From Elusimicrobiaceae bacterium (GTDB taxonomy: Bacteria; Elusimicrobiota; Elusimicrobia; Elusimicrobiales; Elusimicrobiaceae): a stretch of 64,000 nucleotides of DNA. The notes under the pieces were generated by a model, which saw only the letters and a program-made list of their open reading frames with translations, did not search any database and was not told the origin of the DNA. The translations under genes were made by a program, and so were the position numbers. Each line of letters opens with the position of its first letter. The first letter of the stretch is position 1. Shown here in pieces: positions 63,100 to 64,000 of this stretch. The DNA is taken from positions 305 to 64,304 of the forward strand of contig JAZRHA010000008.1 of assembly GCA_045644515.1 (NCBI GenBank). Reading direction: 5' to 3'.

Positions 63100-64000
63100 T
63101 TAAATTTGTACGGGGTTATAACGTTTAATTTTTGCACCGAGCGCGGTTAATTTTTGCTCAAATTCCTCATAACCGCGGTCAATGTGGTAAACACGCTCAA
63201 CGCAACTTTGCCCTTTTGCCGCCAAAGCCGCAAGTACGAGGGCCGCGCCGCCGCGTAAATCTGAGGCCATAACGGTAGCAGGCGTAAGTTTTGCAACACC
63301 TGTAACTTTTGCAACATTTTTTTCAATAACAATATTTGCACCCATGCGGACAAGTTCCGGCGCGTGCATAAAACGGTTTTCAAAAATATCTTCGCTAACT
63401 TCGGTATTACCTTTTGCCAAAGTCATCAAAGCAAGCCAAGGGGCCTGCAAGTCCGTCGCAAAACCGGGGAAAGGCGCGGTTTTAATATTTACGGGTTTAA
63501 TTGTTTTGGGTGCTTTTATTTTTACCCAATTTGCGCCCGTTGTAATTTTTGCGCCGGCTTCCTGCAAATATTCAAGCAAAATTTCATTATCTTCCGGCAC
63601 GCAATTTTTGACGGTAATTTCGCCTTTAGTTATTGCGCCGGCAATCAAGAAAGTGCCTGTTTGTATACGGTCAGCACAGACGGTGTGCTTCATGCCTTTT
63701 AACTTTTCTACACCGTCAACAATCAAGCGTCCTTGCTGGTCCATACAAATTTTTGCACCCATAGATTTAAGGGCATTTATAAGGTCAAAAACTTCAGGCT
63801 CACGCGCAATATTTTCAAAAACTGTTTTACCTTTAATTAAGCAGGCGCACATCAAAAGATTTTGCGTTGCGCCGACGCTTGGGAAACTTAAAATAATTTT
63901 TGTCGGTGCAAGTTTTTTTGCTTTTAAGACGATATTACCCTCATTTAAAATTACTTTTGCGCCGAGTTTTTTAAAACCCTTTAAATGAATATCAACCGGC
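63100..64000 (-). CDS. murA: UDP-N-acetylglucosamine 1-carboxyvinyltransferase MurA (partial; N-terminus beyond the window end)
   Basis: The frame stays open to base 64000 upstream of the track's internal Met. Motifs: IAREPEVFDLINALKSMGAKI, FPGFATDLQAPW, LRGGAALVLAALAA. Confidence 0.9.
   Translation of the reverse strand, partial: PVDIHLKGFKKLGAKVILNEGNIVLKAKKLAPTKIILSFPSVGATQNLLMCACLIKGKTVFENIAREPEVFDLINALKSMGAKICMDQQGRLIVDGVEKLKGMKHTVCADRIQTGTFLIAGAITKGEITVKNCVPEDNEILLEYLQEAGAKITTGANWVKIKAPKTIKPVNIKTAPFPGFATDLQAPWLALMTLAKGNTEVSEDIFENRFMHAPELVRMGANIVIEKNVAKVTGVAKLTPATVMASDLRGGAALVLAALAAKGQSCVERVYHIDRGYEEFEQKLTALGAKIKRYNPVQI

Overview
AT-rich, gene-dense chromosomal window from a diderm bacterium, shown by LPS and outer-membrane lipid genes (lptABC, kdsA, kdsD, mlaEFD). 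I cannot assign a taxon from sequence alone. I support about 60 CDS, one tRNA-Ala(CGC), several intrinsic terminators and several extended -10 promoters. There is no rRNA, CRISPR array, transposase or prophage. Bases 1-21.5 kb form one minus-strand block. It holds a Tad-like (type IVc) pilus locus: three small Flp-type pilins, TadE, CpaB, a very short secretin, a fused CpaE-CpaF ATPase, TadB, TadC and a TPR protein. Inside the block are a two-component phosphorelay, a PorV-like outer-membrane barrel and a 1603-aa Cys-rich protein with FlgD-Ig repeats and a T9SS-type C-terminal domain. The rest is housekeeping: tsaBE/rimI, queH, LPS export, smpB, glgP, trmL, dnaB, alr, radA, nadE, thrC, yajQ, folC, murA, GH57/DUF4912 and a 1841-aa alpha-2-macroglobulin. 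The structure these genes do not explain lies in the intergenic DNA, which carries two unrelated repeat families. (1) A 42-48 nt G/C-rich hairpin (REP-like) unit occurs 11 times. Near-identical composite copies bracket a lone DUF559 (Vsr-fold) endonuclease gene, and another unit encodes that gene's last 14 codons. (2) A family of 90-115 bp imperfect palindromes has a conserved core and interchangeable arms. Its five copies are all co-oriented with the downstream gene. Several genes (smpB, queH, a DtxR-like regulator, a radical SAM gene) appear leaderless, with TGnTATAAT-N6-ATG. All family assignments come from motif recognition by eye; I ran no searches.
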